Origin: an uncultured Bacteroidota bacterium
GTDB lineage: Bacteria > Bacteroidota > Bacteroidia > Flavobacteriales_D > Parvicellaceae
Length of the DNA: 64,000 nt
Assembly (NCBI GenBank): GCA_902536695.1
Contig: CACAYQ010000001.1
Coordinates: 3,400-67,399, forward strand
Direction: 5' to 3'
A program made the position numbers and the translations under genes. The notes under the pieces are model-generated. The model saw only the letters and a list, made by a program, of their open reading frames with translations. It was not told the origin of the DNA and did not search any database. Positions 1-8,048 of the stretch are shown here, piece after piece. The number at the start of each line of letters is the position of its first letter. The first letter of the stretch is position 1.

Positions 1-1126
1 TAGGCACATCTAGCTCTTTGGCAATCTCTTTTATTGACCTTGAAATATTACTTATTTCTTGTTCTCTGTTACCACCTTTCCCCCCAGAAGACATTAATTG
101 TAAGTAATCAATAATGATAAGCTGAACATTATGCTGTTGCTTTAAACGTCTGCATTTTGCACGTAATTCAAAAATGGATAGCGCAGGGGTATCATCAATA
201 AAAACAGGGGCTTCTGACAATGCTTTTGTTCTTTCAAAGAATTGTTCAAATTCATTTTTAGAAAAGTTTCCTCTTCTTATGTCTTCTGCAGGTATTTCAG
301 CTTCTCCAGAAATTAAACGGTTTACCAACTGGATCGAAGACATTTCTAATGAAAAAATGGCAACTGGCTTCTGGTGATCAACGGCTACATTTCTGGCCAT
401 AGAAAGAACAAATGCTGTTTTTCCCATTCCAGGTCTAGCAGCGATGACGATCATATCTGATTTTTGCCAACCTGATGTGATTTTATCAAGTTCTGTAAAA
501 CTTGTTCCTACTCCACTAATACCATCTTCTCTTAACATGGCATTTTCTATTTCGCTTTGCGCTTTGAATAGAAGAGAAGCCATGGATTCATAATCTTTTC
601 GGATATTACCTTCCGCTACAGCAAATAATTCACTTTCTGTTTCATCCAACAAGTCAAAAACATCCGTAGTTTCGTCATATGCATTCTGAATTACTTTCCC
701 CGAAATTCGAATAAGTTCTCTTAAAATAAATTTTTGTACTAAAATTCTTGCATGGGCTTCAGCATGAGCTGCTGAGGCTACCCTGTTAGTGAGTTGAGAG
801 ATATAATATGCACCTCCAACTTGATCTAATTCTCCTTTTGATCTTAGTTTTTGGGTTACCGTTAAAATATCAATGCTTTCAGAAGCAGAGAAGAGTTCTT
901 GTATAGATTCATAAATTTTTTTGTGTGAGTCTTTGTAAAAAATTTCGGGTCTGTGGATAATGTCTATTACATCATTTAACGGTGCCTTTTCTAACATTAG
1001 AGCGCCTAGTACCGCTTCTTCCAGCTCTAGTGCTTGTGGAGGTAATTTCCCAATAGTAGCTATATCAGCTGGTTTGGAAAATGTTCTAAGCGGTTTTTTA
1101 TTTGTTAGTTCTAAACGATCAGACAT
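1..1126 (-). CDS. dnaB: replicative DNA helicase DnaB (C-terminus runs off the window start)
   Basis: Minus-strand frame is open to position 1, so it is absent from the ORF track (no in-window stop). My translation from the ATG at 1126 reads MSDRLELTNKKPLRTF...LPPQALELEEAVLGALMLEK (DnaB N-terminal domain), then IAARPGMGKTAF (Walker A), then LIIIDYLQLM (Walker B) and REQEISNISRSIKEIAKEL. Confidence 0.9.
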   Translation of the reverse strand, partial: MSDRLELTNKKPLRTFSKPADIATIGKLPPQALELEEAVLGALMLEKAPLNDVIDIIHRPEIFYKDSHKKIYESIQELFSASESIDILTVTQKLRSKGELDQVGGAYYISQLTNRVASAAHAEAHARILVQKFILRELIRISGKVIQNAYDETTDVFDLLDETESELFAVAEGNIRKDYESMASLLFKAQSEIENAMLREDGISGVGTSFTELDKITSGWQKSDMIVIAARPGMGKTAFVLSMARNVAVDHQKPVAIFSLEMSSIQLVNRLISGEAEIPAEDIRRGNFSKNEFEQFFERTKALSEAPVFIDDTPALSIFELRAKCRRLKQQHNVQLIIIDYLQLMSSGGKGGNREQEISNISRSIKEIAKELDVP

Positions 1127-1202
1127 CAGGCAAATGTAATTTAATATCTAATCTTCAATTCTTTTTTTGACTTTTAAAATTATCAAATAACTTTATTAAC
1201 AA

Positions 1203-2492
1203 ATGTTAGTAACTAATCCCATAAAGTTCAGTCTTGTTTTAATTCAGATTTTATGTGTATTAGGTTCTTGTCAAAAACAAGACAAAATTCCCCCCAGGAT
1301 TAATGTAATTTCGCCTTTGAATAATACCTCATTTCAAATTCCATGTGTGGTTCAAGTTGAGGGTGAAGTCCATGATAATCAATCGCTTTCAAGAATAGAG
1401 ATTTCCATTGTTGATGAGAACTTAGTACCAGTTACAACAGCTATTAGCCAAAATATAAGTGGAGATCAATTTGAATTCAATGAGCAATTTATTATCAATG
1501 ATAGGTTGTTGCAGTCAGGAAACTACTTTGTGAAAGTGAGTGTAGAGGACGAAGAAGGGAATTTAAATTCTTCTTATACTTCTGTTTTTTTAAGTGAAGT
1601 TACAAGAGAATTATTGGGAATTTATCTTGTCTCATCTGATCAATCATCAACCAACCTAAGTTTCCTTGATGATATGGGAAATATTACATTAAAAAGTACC
1701 ATTTCTGGAAACCATAAGGTGTCTGAGTCAAATTCAAAACATCAGTATATATTTTTAGGCACAGATATAAGCGGTATTTCTTTGGAAACAGACTTTTATA
1801 CCACAAAATGGGAAGTTCCATTCCTATCTTCAACCTATGATTTCTTCCAAGATGTGAATAAAAGCAAGGATAAGGATCAATTGTACTTATCAAATGGAGA
1901 TGGTGTAATTAGGAGATTTGATAAAAACGGGATCCAAATTGGTGGGTATATTGCTGATTTTCAAAATTGGTTTGCTCATTTTAATGAGGTGGATAATTAT
2001 GTAATGGTAGATACGTATTCTAATTTATTCACAAGGTGGATCACCGTTTTCAATAAAAGTTTAGGTATTGAGTATACTCGAAAACCAATTACAGGCGAAG
2101 TAGTAGAAATTGGTCAGGTAAATAACAGTCTTTGTTTTGTGTTAATTCAGAATGGTAATGATTTCCATTTAGCTCATTATGACTTAAATACAAACAATTT
2201 ATGGATTGATTGTAGTGTACAGAATAACCATTGTTATAATGCTCAAAAAAAGGGAAATTACTTGTATATAACCACAGATGATGGGCTATATAGATTTAAT
2301 TACAATAACTATCAAATGCTTCCATTGATTGTGAATTTTCCGTGTTCACAAATCGACTTAGAAGATATTTCCGGTGATTTGATCATTTCTGATGCTCAAA
2401 ATGTATATTTTTTTAATGAACAATTAGGCATATACAACTCTTTTGTCACCACAGATAGTGTAGAAAATGTCTTAGTGTATTATAATAAATAA
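1203..2492 (+). CDS. hypothetical lipoprotein (Ig-like N-terminal region plus probable beta-propeller)
   Basis: 429-aa ORF. Signal peptide with lipobox (LCVLGSC followed by QKQD). No catalytic motif recognised. Confidence 0.55.
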   Translation: MLVTNPIKFSLVLIQILCVLGSCQKQDKIPPRINVISPLNNTSFQIPCVVQVEGEVHDNQSLSRIEISIVDENLVPVTTAISQNISGDQFEFNEQFIINDRLLQSGNYFVKVSVEDEEGNLNSSYTSVFLSEVTRELLGIYLVSSDQSSTNLSFLDDMGNITLKSTISGNHKVSESNSKHQYIFLGTDISGISLETDFYTTKWEVPFLSSTYDFFQDVNKSKDKDQLYLSNGDGVIRRFDKNGIQIGGYIADFQNWFAHFNEVDNYVMVDTYSNLFTRWITVFNKSLGIEYTRKPITGEVVEIGQVNNSLCFVLIQNGNDFHLAHYDLNTNNLWIDCSVQNNHCYNAQKKGNYLYITTDDGLYRFNYNNYQMLPLIVNFPCSQIDLEDISGDLIISDAQNVYFFNEQLGIYNSFVTTDSVENVLVYYNK

Positions 2493-2504
2493 GAAAACAA
2501 AGGG

Positions 2505-3455
2505 TCAATTACCCATATTACTAAACTTTTCTGTACGAATTGAAATTCTTTCTTCAACATCAATGGCTTCTAAAGCTTTGATATGTTTTTTTATCTCAGA
2601 TTTAAGCTTTTTGGCCATTTTTTCTGGTTCAGCATGTGCTCCACCAATAGGTTCTTTAATAATACCATCAATGAGTTTTTGTTTGAGCATGTCTTTCGCG
2701 GTAAGTTTCAGCGCATTTGCTGCATTTTCTTTGTAATCCCAGCTTCTCCAAAGAATAGAAGAGCAAGATTCTGGTGAAATAACAGAGTACCATGTGTTTT
2801 CTAGCATAATTACTTTATCACCAATACCAATACCAAGCGCTCCACCTGAGGCGCCTTCTCCGATTACAATACATATCACAGGTACTTTAAGCAGTATCAT
2901 TTCATATAGATTTCTTGCAATAGCTTCACCCTGACCTCTCTCCTCTGCTTCTAAGCCAGGAAAAGCACCTGGAGTATCTATGAAAGTAACAATGGGTTTA
3001 TTAAATTTTTCAGCTAATTTCATCAATCTTAATGCCTTCCGGTAGCCTTCTGGATTAGCCATTCCAAAATTTCTATATTTTCTTTCTTTGGTGTTCCTTC
3101 CTTTTTGTTGTCCTATAAACATATAGGTTTTACCATCTACCTCTCCAAATCCGCCAACCATTGCTTTATCGTCTTTCACATTTCGGTCACCATGTTGTTC
3201 TAAAAAATTCCCATTGGTAATTTGTTTGATATAATCTAGGGTATAAGGTCTATCTGGATGTCTACTAAGTTGTACCTTTTGCCAAGGAGTTAAGTTGTTG
3301 AAAATAGTTTTGGTGGTTGTACTTAGTTTCTTTTTTAAGTCATTAACCGTAGAATTGATATCAACCTTACCCTTTTCGCCAATTTCTTTTGTCTGATTGA
3401 TTTGATCTTTTATTTCCTTGATAGGATTTTCAAATTCTAAATAAGAACGTTCCAT
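2505..3455 (-). CDS. accA: acetyl-CoA carboxylase carboxyltransferase subunit alpha
   Basis: 316 aa. Typical AccA strings: [54 protein letters not shown]. Confidence 0.93.
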   Translation of the reverse strand: MERSYLEFENPIKEIKDQINQTKEIGEKGKVDINSTVNDLKKKLSTTTKTIFNNLTPWQKVQLSRHPDRPYTLDYIKQITNGNFLEQHGDRNVKDDKAMVGGFGEVDGKTYMFIGQQKGRNTKERKYRNFGMANPEGYRKALRLMKLAEKFNKPIVTFIDTPGAFPGLEAEERGQGEAIARNLYEMILLKVPVICIVIGEGASGGALGIGIGDKVIMLENTWYSVISPESCSSILWRSWDYKENAANALKLTAKDMLKQKLIDGIIKEPIGGAHAEPEKMAKKLKSEIKKHIKALEAIDVEERISIRTEKFSNMGN

Positions 3456-3520
3456 GTTGTGGTTATTATTTTGGGTGTCGAAATTACAAATTATTACATA
3501 TTTCGTCTTTCATTTGTGCG

Positions 3521-4180
3521 TTGAATCTTGAAAGAATTCATCAAAAAGTTAATAACTTTAAGAAAGTGGGAAGAAAATCAGTAATAAAGAAAAGATATGT
3601 TGATCTAAAATTAAAAGAAAAGTATACCATCAAACTATTGGTTTACTTTCAGAAACATGGATTAAATGATTTCTCCATGTCAAAATTGGCATCTGATTTT
3701 AACATCAGTAAAACTACACTTTATAATCATTTTGATTCTAAAGAATCCATGATAGATGCGGCTGTAGTTTATAAATTAAATTCAATTAATGATTATAAAA
3801 CTGTGTTATTTGACAAGGACCTAGATTACTTTGAAAGGTTGCGAAAAGCGATGCTTTTCTATTGTGTTCAGATTTTTGAAATGAGTAGAAATCTATTAAA
3901 AGAAGTTAAAGAAGAATATCCTAAATCTTGGCATAAAGTGGTCCTTTTTCAACAACAAATGTTACATGAATTGCAGGATTATTATAAATTGGGTCAGCGG
4001 ATTGGACATTACCACAATGAATTTGAAGTTGATTTGCTTGTAGCTAATGACCAATCATTTTTTTTATGGCTTTCTCAGTATTATTTTCCTGAAAAATACA
4101 ATCACGATATCGTATTTATTGTCAACCAATATTGTCGTTTAAAATTTGAAGGGATTCGTGAAAAACTCAATAAGCGTTGA
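3521..4180 (+). CDS. TetR/AcrR-family transcriptional regulator
   Basis: 219 aa. HTH string FSMSKLASDFNISKTTLYNHFDSKESM. The start is uncertain: the track uses TTG at 3521, and the HTH sits unusually far (about aa 50) from that start. Confidence 0.75.
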   Translation: MNLERIHQKVNNFKKVGRKSVIKKRYVDLKLKEKYTIKLLVYFQKHGLNDFSMSKLASDFNISKTTLYNHFDSKESMIDAAVVYKLNSINDYKTVLFDKDLDYFERLRKAMLFYCVQIFEMSRNLLKEVKEEYPKSWHKVVLFQQQMLHELQDYYKLGQRIGHYHNEFEVDLLVANDQSFFLWLSQYYFPEKYNHDIVFIVNQYCRLKFEGIREKLNKR

Positions 4181-4230
4181 TATTTTCAAAAAAGAAAAGA
4201 TTAAAATTTTTGTATAAAATAAAAAACATT

Positions 4231-4238
4231 TACTTTTG
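4231..4238 (+). promoter_or_regulatory. candidate Bacteroidota -7 promoter box (TAnnTTTG) for rpmH
   Basis: Sequence TACTTTTG lies 21 nt upstream of the rpmH ATG and matches the TAnnTTTG consensus of Bacteroidota sigma-A promoters. This is position and motif only. Confidence 0.3.
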
Positions 4239-4259
4239 CAAGCCTATAATAAATGAACT

Positions 4260-4421
4260 ATGAGCAAAAGAACATTTCAACCATCTAACAGAAAGAGAAA
4301 GAATAAGCACGGGTTTAGATCAAGAATGGCTACTAAGAATGGTAGAAAGATCTTAAATGCACGTAGAAGAAAAGGAAGAAAAAAATTATCTGTTTCCGAT
4401 GAAGGAAACCATAAAAGATAA
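4260..4421 (+). CDS. rpmH: 50S ribosomal protein L34
   Basis: Below the size cut-off of the ORF track. My translation: [53 protein letters not shown] (53 aa). This carries the canonical L34 MKRTFQPS..HGFR.RM signature. Confidence 0.92.
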   Translation: MSKRTFQPSNRKRKNKHGFRSRMATKNGRKILNARRRKGRKKLSVSDEGNHKR

Positions 4422-4441
4422 ATAATTTAATATATTTTTTT

Positions 4442-4468
4442 AAAATCCTCTTTAGAGGATTTTTTTTT
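4442..4468. terminator. bidirectional rho-independent terminator between rpmH (+) and the SPOR-domain gene (-)
   Basis: Perfect 9-bp stem AAAATCCTC / GAGGATTTT with loop TTTA, followed by a T-run. An A-run on the left arm gives the same structure on the other strand. Confidence 0.6.
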
Positions 4469-4470
4469 AC

Positions 4471-5967
4471 CTAAGGAATCCAATTTTGTTTTGAAATTAT
4501 CAATGCTTCCTGAACGGTGATTCTTTTTCCAAAATTGTAAGCAGTTACAAATGGACCTGGAAACTCATTTAAATTCAAGTCATTTCTCTTATTTCGTGCT
4601 TCCTTATATTGGCCAAAACGGCCTGTTGTGTATTTTATCCATCCATCATGGTTTTCTAAATCGAAGTTTTCAGAAAAATGGTACTTATTTTTTACATAAT
4701 TTTTTGTAGCAATTCGGTGTGAAGCCAAAATCTGAACTCTATAATCAACATTTGTTTTTATTTTTTGTGAATTAACAATATTTGAAATTATACTTTTTTC
4801 TTCTTCTGCTGAATTCATTTTATTGTCAATGTTTTCTGCAACAATGATTTCCTCCTCAGGAATTTCAACATTTTCTGCAGCAATAATCTCCTCCTCAGGA
4901 ATTTCAACACTTTTTAAAGTAGTATCTTCCTCAACTAAGTTATTATCAACATTTTGTAAGCTTATATCTTTCACAGAATCAGTCAAAGCAATCGATACAT
5001 CTTCACCCTTATCATTTAATCTATTTGAATCTTGTTCAGGGTTGATTTCTTTCACAGAGTCTAATACTATTTCACTTAGTTCATTTACAGAAGAAGTATC
5101 ATTGGTCAATGCATTGTACTTAAATGATGGGTCACTCGGTATATAATAGGTAATAGGAATTTCAATCCCATCATTATGCCCCTCTGCTATTAATCTTTCG
5201 GAAGCATATTCTCCCGTTATAAAAAAACTAGTATCTAGTCCTTTAGGGTTTGTTAATCTATAGCTGACGGTGAAACTTTCAATACTAGATGGAAGATCAG
5301 ACCAAATAAATTTTGCTGCACCATCTATATCCTTGAAAATACTCCCTGCAGGTTCAATCGATGTGGCTATATATCCTTCCGGTAATTTGTCTTTTATCCT
5401 CGCAAAACCACTGTGCTTTCCTTTAGTAATGTGTATTTTAACAGTATAGTTTCCATTTTCACCCTCAATAGTTCTATTAGATGATACAGATGGCTCACCT
5501 CCTTGTGGAATAACTTCATTAACAAGAAATACAAGTTCTGGAATAGTCAATTGTTTTCTTTCATTTTTATTTATAAATGAAAAAGTTCCTGTGATTTTTT
5601 TTGTTCCAAATGAATTTTTACTGGCATCAATTAGATAGGTAATTTCTATATTTTTATTATTTGGTAAATCATACCAAATAAATAATGCTTCATTATTTTT
5701 AAATGTAAACGAAGATCCATCATTTTCTTTTTCAATTATTTGAACTCCCTCAGCTTGACTTAAATCTAATTTCAATCTTCCCGGACCAGAGAAGTCCATT
5801 TTGTTTATTGTAATTGTTGCTTCTATTTTTTCTCCAGCGTCAAGTTCATTAGCACTTGTATGAGTTATAGTAATATCTGCTAAGTTAAAAAAGGTACTTA
5901 AAGCAATTAAAATAATATTTATAAAGATGAATATGGGCTTTAACATAAGCAAACTTGAATTATACAA
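4471..5967 (-). CDS. SPOR-domain (peptidoglycan-binding) membrane-anchored protein
   Basis: 498 aa with an N-terminal TM anchor. Two similar about 115-aa beta-rich domains share the pattern F.W.DLP....T/SY.L. An acidic linker carries a tandem 13-aa repeat. The C-terminal SPOR-like domain reads YRVQILASHR...GWIKYTTGRFGQYKEA. Confidence 0.7.
   Translation of the reverse strand: MYNSSLLMLKPIFIFINIILIALSTFFNLADITITHTSANELDAGEKIEATITINKMDFSGPGRLKLDLSQAEGVQIIEKENDGSSFTFKNNEALFIWYDLPNNKNIEITYLIDASKNSFGTKKITGTFSFINKNERKQLTIPELVFLVNEVIPQGGEPSVSSNRTIEGENGNYTVKIHITKGKHSGFARIKDKLPEGYIATSIEPAGSIFKDIDGAAKFIWSDLPSSIESFTVSYRLTNPKGLDTSFFITGEYASERLIAEGHNDGIEIPITYYIPSDPSFKYNALTNDTSSVNELSEIVLDSVKEINPEQDSNRLNDKGEDVSIALTDSVKDISLQNVDNNLVEEDTTLKSVEIPEEEIIAAENVEIPEEEIIVAENIDNKMNSAEEEKSIISNIVNSQKIKTNVDYRVQILASHRIATKNYVKNKYHFSENFDLENHDGWIKYTTGRFGQYKEARNKRNDLNLNEFPGPFVTAYNFGKRITVQEALIISKQNWIP
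4832..4909. repeat. 2 x 39-bp tandem direct repeat inside the SPOR-domain gene
   Basis: 4832..4870 and 4871..4909 differ at 3 of 39 positions. They encode NVEIPEEEII(A/V)AE twice. Confidence 0.85.
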
Positions 5968-6067
5968 ATCTACCTTTGCTAAATGCCTTATTCTATCTAG
6001 GCCAATTCAAATTATCCATAGAATATTGTTGAAAAGGGTTGTGTAATACCCTGATACAGGAACAACG

Positions 6068-7351
6068 TTAATCTTCTTTTAATGCTTGAAATAGGTGGGA
6101 GGTAAGTAAGTTTTCGTACTTATTACTTTCAGTAAACTCTCTTAGGCCAATTTTAGGAATAAAATTCAGTTCATTTGAATTGCTATCCAGTATACTTTTG
6201 ATTTTATCTTCATTAGGTCGTATACTGTCTAAATTCGGAATAAGTTCTCGAATCTCCTCACTGTTATCTTGTATGGTACTATCAGAGAACGTTTGATTTC
6301 GTTGTACTTCAATTTCTAATTCGTTTTTAGACCTATTGAATAATAAACTATCTGTTATACCTCTACCCATCTCATCCACGTATTTGTAATTAGTAGAGTT
6401 AGGTTCCTTATCTATGTGATCTGGAACCCCGTCTTTGTCAGTGTCAATGGGACATCCTATTAAATCTACTTTAATCGATTTTGGAGTATGCGGACATTCA
6501 TCTATAATATCTATTATCCCGTCGTTATCCTCATCTGATCTGTTGAAGCTTTCTATATCAACATCAATCTTCTCTTTTTTCTCAAAATGTAATTTATGAA
6601 TTACGTAATTCATAGTGAACCCAAAGGATAAATAATAATCATCATTTCCAAAAGAAATATTATCAATCCAGTCTGTGAATAAATGATTATATGTTCCATA
6701 AACTCTACCTTGAAGATATGGGTTTATCTTCCATTTTATTCCAACAGTAACGGGAGCAACTAAGGAAATCGAATTGTAATTTATGGAATCATTTTCTAAT
6801 GAAGTTTCGTATTCATAATCCCTGTAGAGCATAGATGCATTTGCTGCATTGGTGTCGCTTTCTGCAAGATCTCTAATTGTACCATCAGACCAATAATTAT
6901 AACTTATGTTATTGGCGTCTAATAAATCTGTGTAAGAATCAAAAATAAAAAGTCCAGCCCCTACAGAAAGGTATGGAGAAATATTACTTTTTATATTCAA
7001 ATAATGGTCAGAATTTAAAATCAAATTGGTACTTAGTTTAGTAAAACTGGATTCAAAGTTTAAATTATCTGTGACTATATTTGATCTGATGTTTTCAGAA
7101 AGTTTTCCCTTTACAAACATAACCTGTAATCCGATAAGATCACTAATTCTCTTTTCAATATCTAAAGATAAACAGGGTCTAGCATTGGTGAAAATTTTTC
7201 CAATAGAACGGGAGCCAATATCACCAAAAAAACTATTTATTTGAGGACCTGCTCCAATAGTGAGAATTTCTTTTTCAATTTCTTCAATTGTTTTTTGTGC
7301 ATTGCAAACTAAGACCGAAAAAAAAAGGGCTATCAATAATTGTTTTCTCAT
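6068..7351 (-). CDS. outer-membrane beta-barrel protein with thrombospondin type-3 (Ca-binding) repeats, no recognisable OmpA C-domain
   Basis: 427 aa. Signal peptide (FSVLVCNAQ). Alternating beta-strand-like N-terminal half. TSP3 repeats read DEDNDGIIDIIDECP and DTDKDGVPDHIDKEP. The C-terminal about 110 aa lacks the NRR.E OmpA motif. Confidence 0.55.
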   Translation of the reverse strand: MRKQLLIALFFSVLVCNAQKTIEEIEKEILTIGAGPQINSFFGDIGSRSIGKIFTNARPCLSLDIEKRISDLIGLQVMFVKGKLSENIRSNIVTDNLNFESSFTKLSTNLILNSDHYLNIKSNISPYLSVGAGLFIFDSYTDLLDANNISYNYWSDGTIRDLAESDTNAANASMLYRDYEYETSLENDSINYNSISLVAPVTVGIKWKINPYLQGRVYGTYNHLFTDWIDNISFGNDDYYLSFGFTMNYVIHKLHFEKKEKIDVDIESFNRSDEDNDGIIDIIDECPHTPKSIKVDLIGCPIDTDKDGVPDHIDKEPNSTNYKYVDEMGRGITDSLLFNRSKNELEIEVQRNQTFSDSTIQDNSEEIRELIPNLDSIRPNEDKIKSILDSNSNELNFIPKIGLREFTESNKYENLLTSHLFQALKED

Positions 7352-7374
7352 ATAGAATTGTAAAACAGTTTTTT

Positions 7375-8046
7375 TTAAAAGTTTGGCTTTAGATGATGGT
7401 CCTTGTAATAATCATTTATCATTTTAACCGCTTCTTCAGCTGTGTCAACGATTTGAATTAAATCTAAATCTTCTGGGCTTATGTTATTTTCTTCCGCAAG
7501 TAACACTTCTTTTATCCAATCAATAAGTCCATTCCAAAACGATTTACCAATTAATATAACAGGAAATTTTCCCGATTTTTCCGTCTGTATTAAAGTTAGC
7601 GCTTCAAACATCTCGTCTAAAGTTCCAAACCCACCAGGAAGAACAATAAATCCTTGCGCATATTTGATGAACATGACCTTCCTTATAAAAAAATAATCAA
7701 AATTAATGATTTTATCGCTGTCGATATATGGGTTTGCTTCCTGCTCAAAAGGTAAAACAATATTTAAACCAACTGACTTGCCTCCCCCTCTTTTAGCACC
7801 CTTATTTCCAGCTTCCATTATCCCAGGTCCACCGCCCGTAATTACTCCAAATTTTTGTTTTGTTAGTAAATAAGCTACTTCTTCTGCAAGTTGGTAATAT
7901 TTGTTTTCAGGCTTTGTTCTTGCTGAACCAAAAATAGAAACGCAAGGCCCAATTCTTGACATGGTTTCAAATCCTTCAACAAATTCACCCATTATCTTAA
8001 AAATTTCCCAACTGTCTCTAGTTTTAATGTTATTCCAATCCTTCAT
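7375..8046 (-). CDS. LOG-family / TIGR00730 Rossmann-fold nucleotide-monophosphate nucleosidase-like protein
   Basis: 223 aa. Motifs GGGPGIMEAGNKGA and PGGFGTLDEMFE are the LOG-family signatures. Confidence 0.85.
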   Translation of the reverse strand: MKDWNNIKTRDSWEIFKIMGEFVEGFETMSRIGPCVSIFGSARTKPENKYYQLAEEVAYLLTKQKFGVITGGGPGIMEAGNKGAKRGGGKSVGLNIVLPFEQEANPYIDSDKIINFDYFFIRKVMFIKYAQGFIVLPGGFGTLDEMFEALTLIQTEKSGKFPVILIGKSFWNGLIDWIKEVLLAEENNISPEDLDLIQIVDTAEEAVKMINDYYKDHHLKPNF

Positions 8047-8048
8047 GT

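Noticed and set aside
174-377. 67-aa plus-strand ORF at the window start.
   Set aside because: It is antisense to the dnaB coding frame, which translates cleanly with Walker A/B motifs across this interval.
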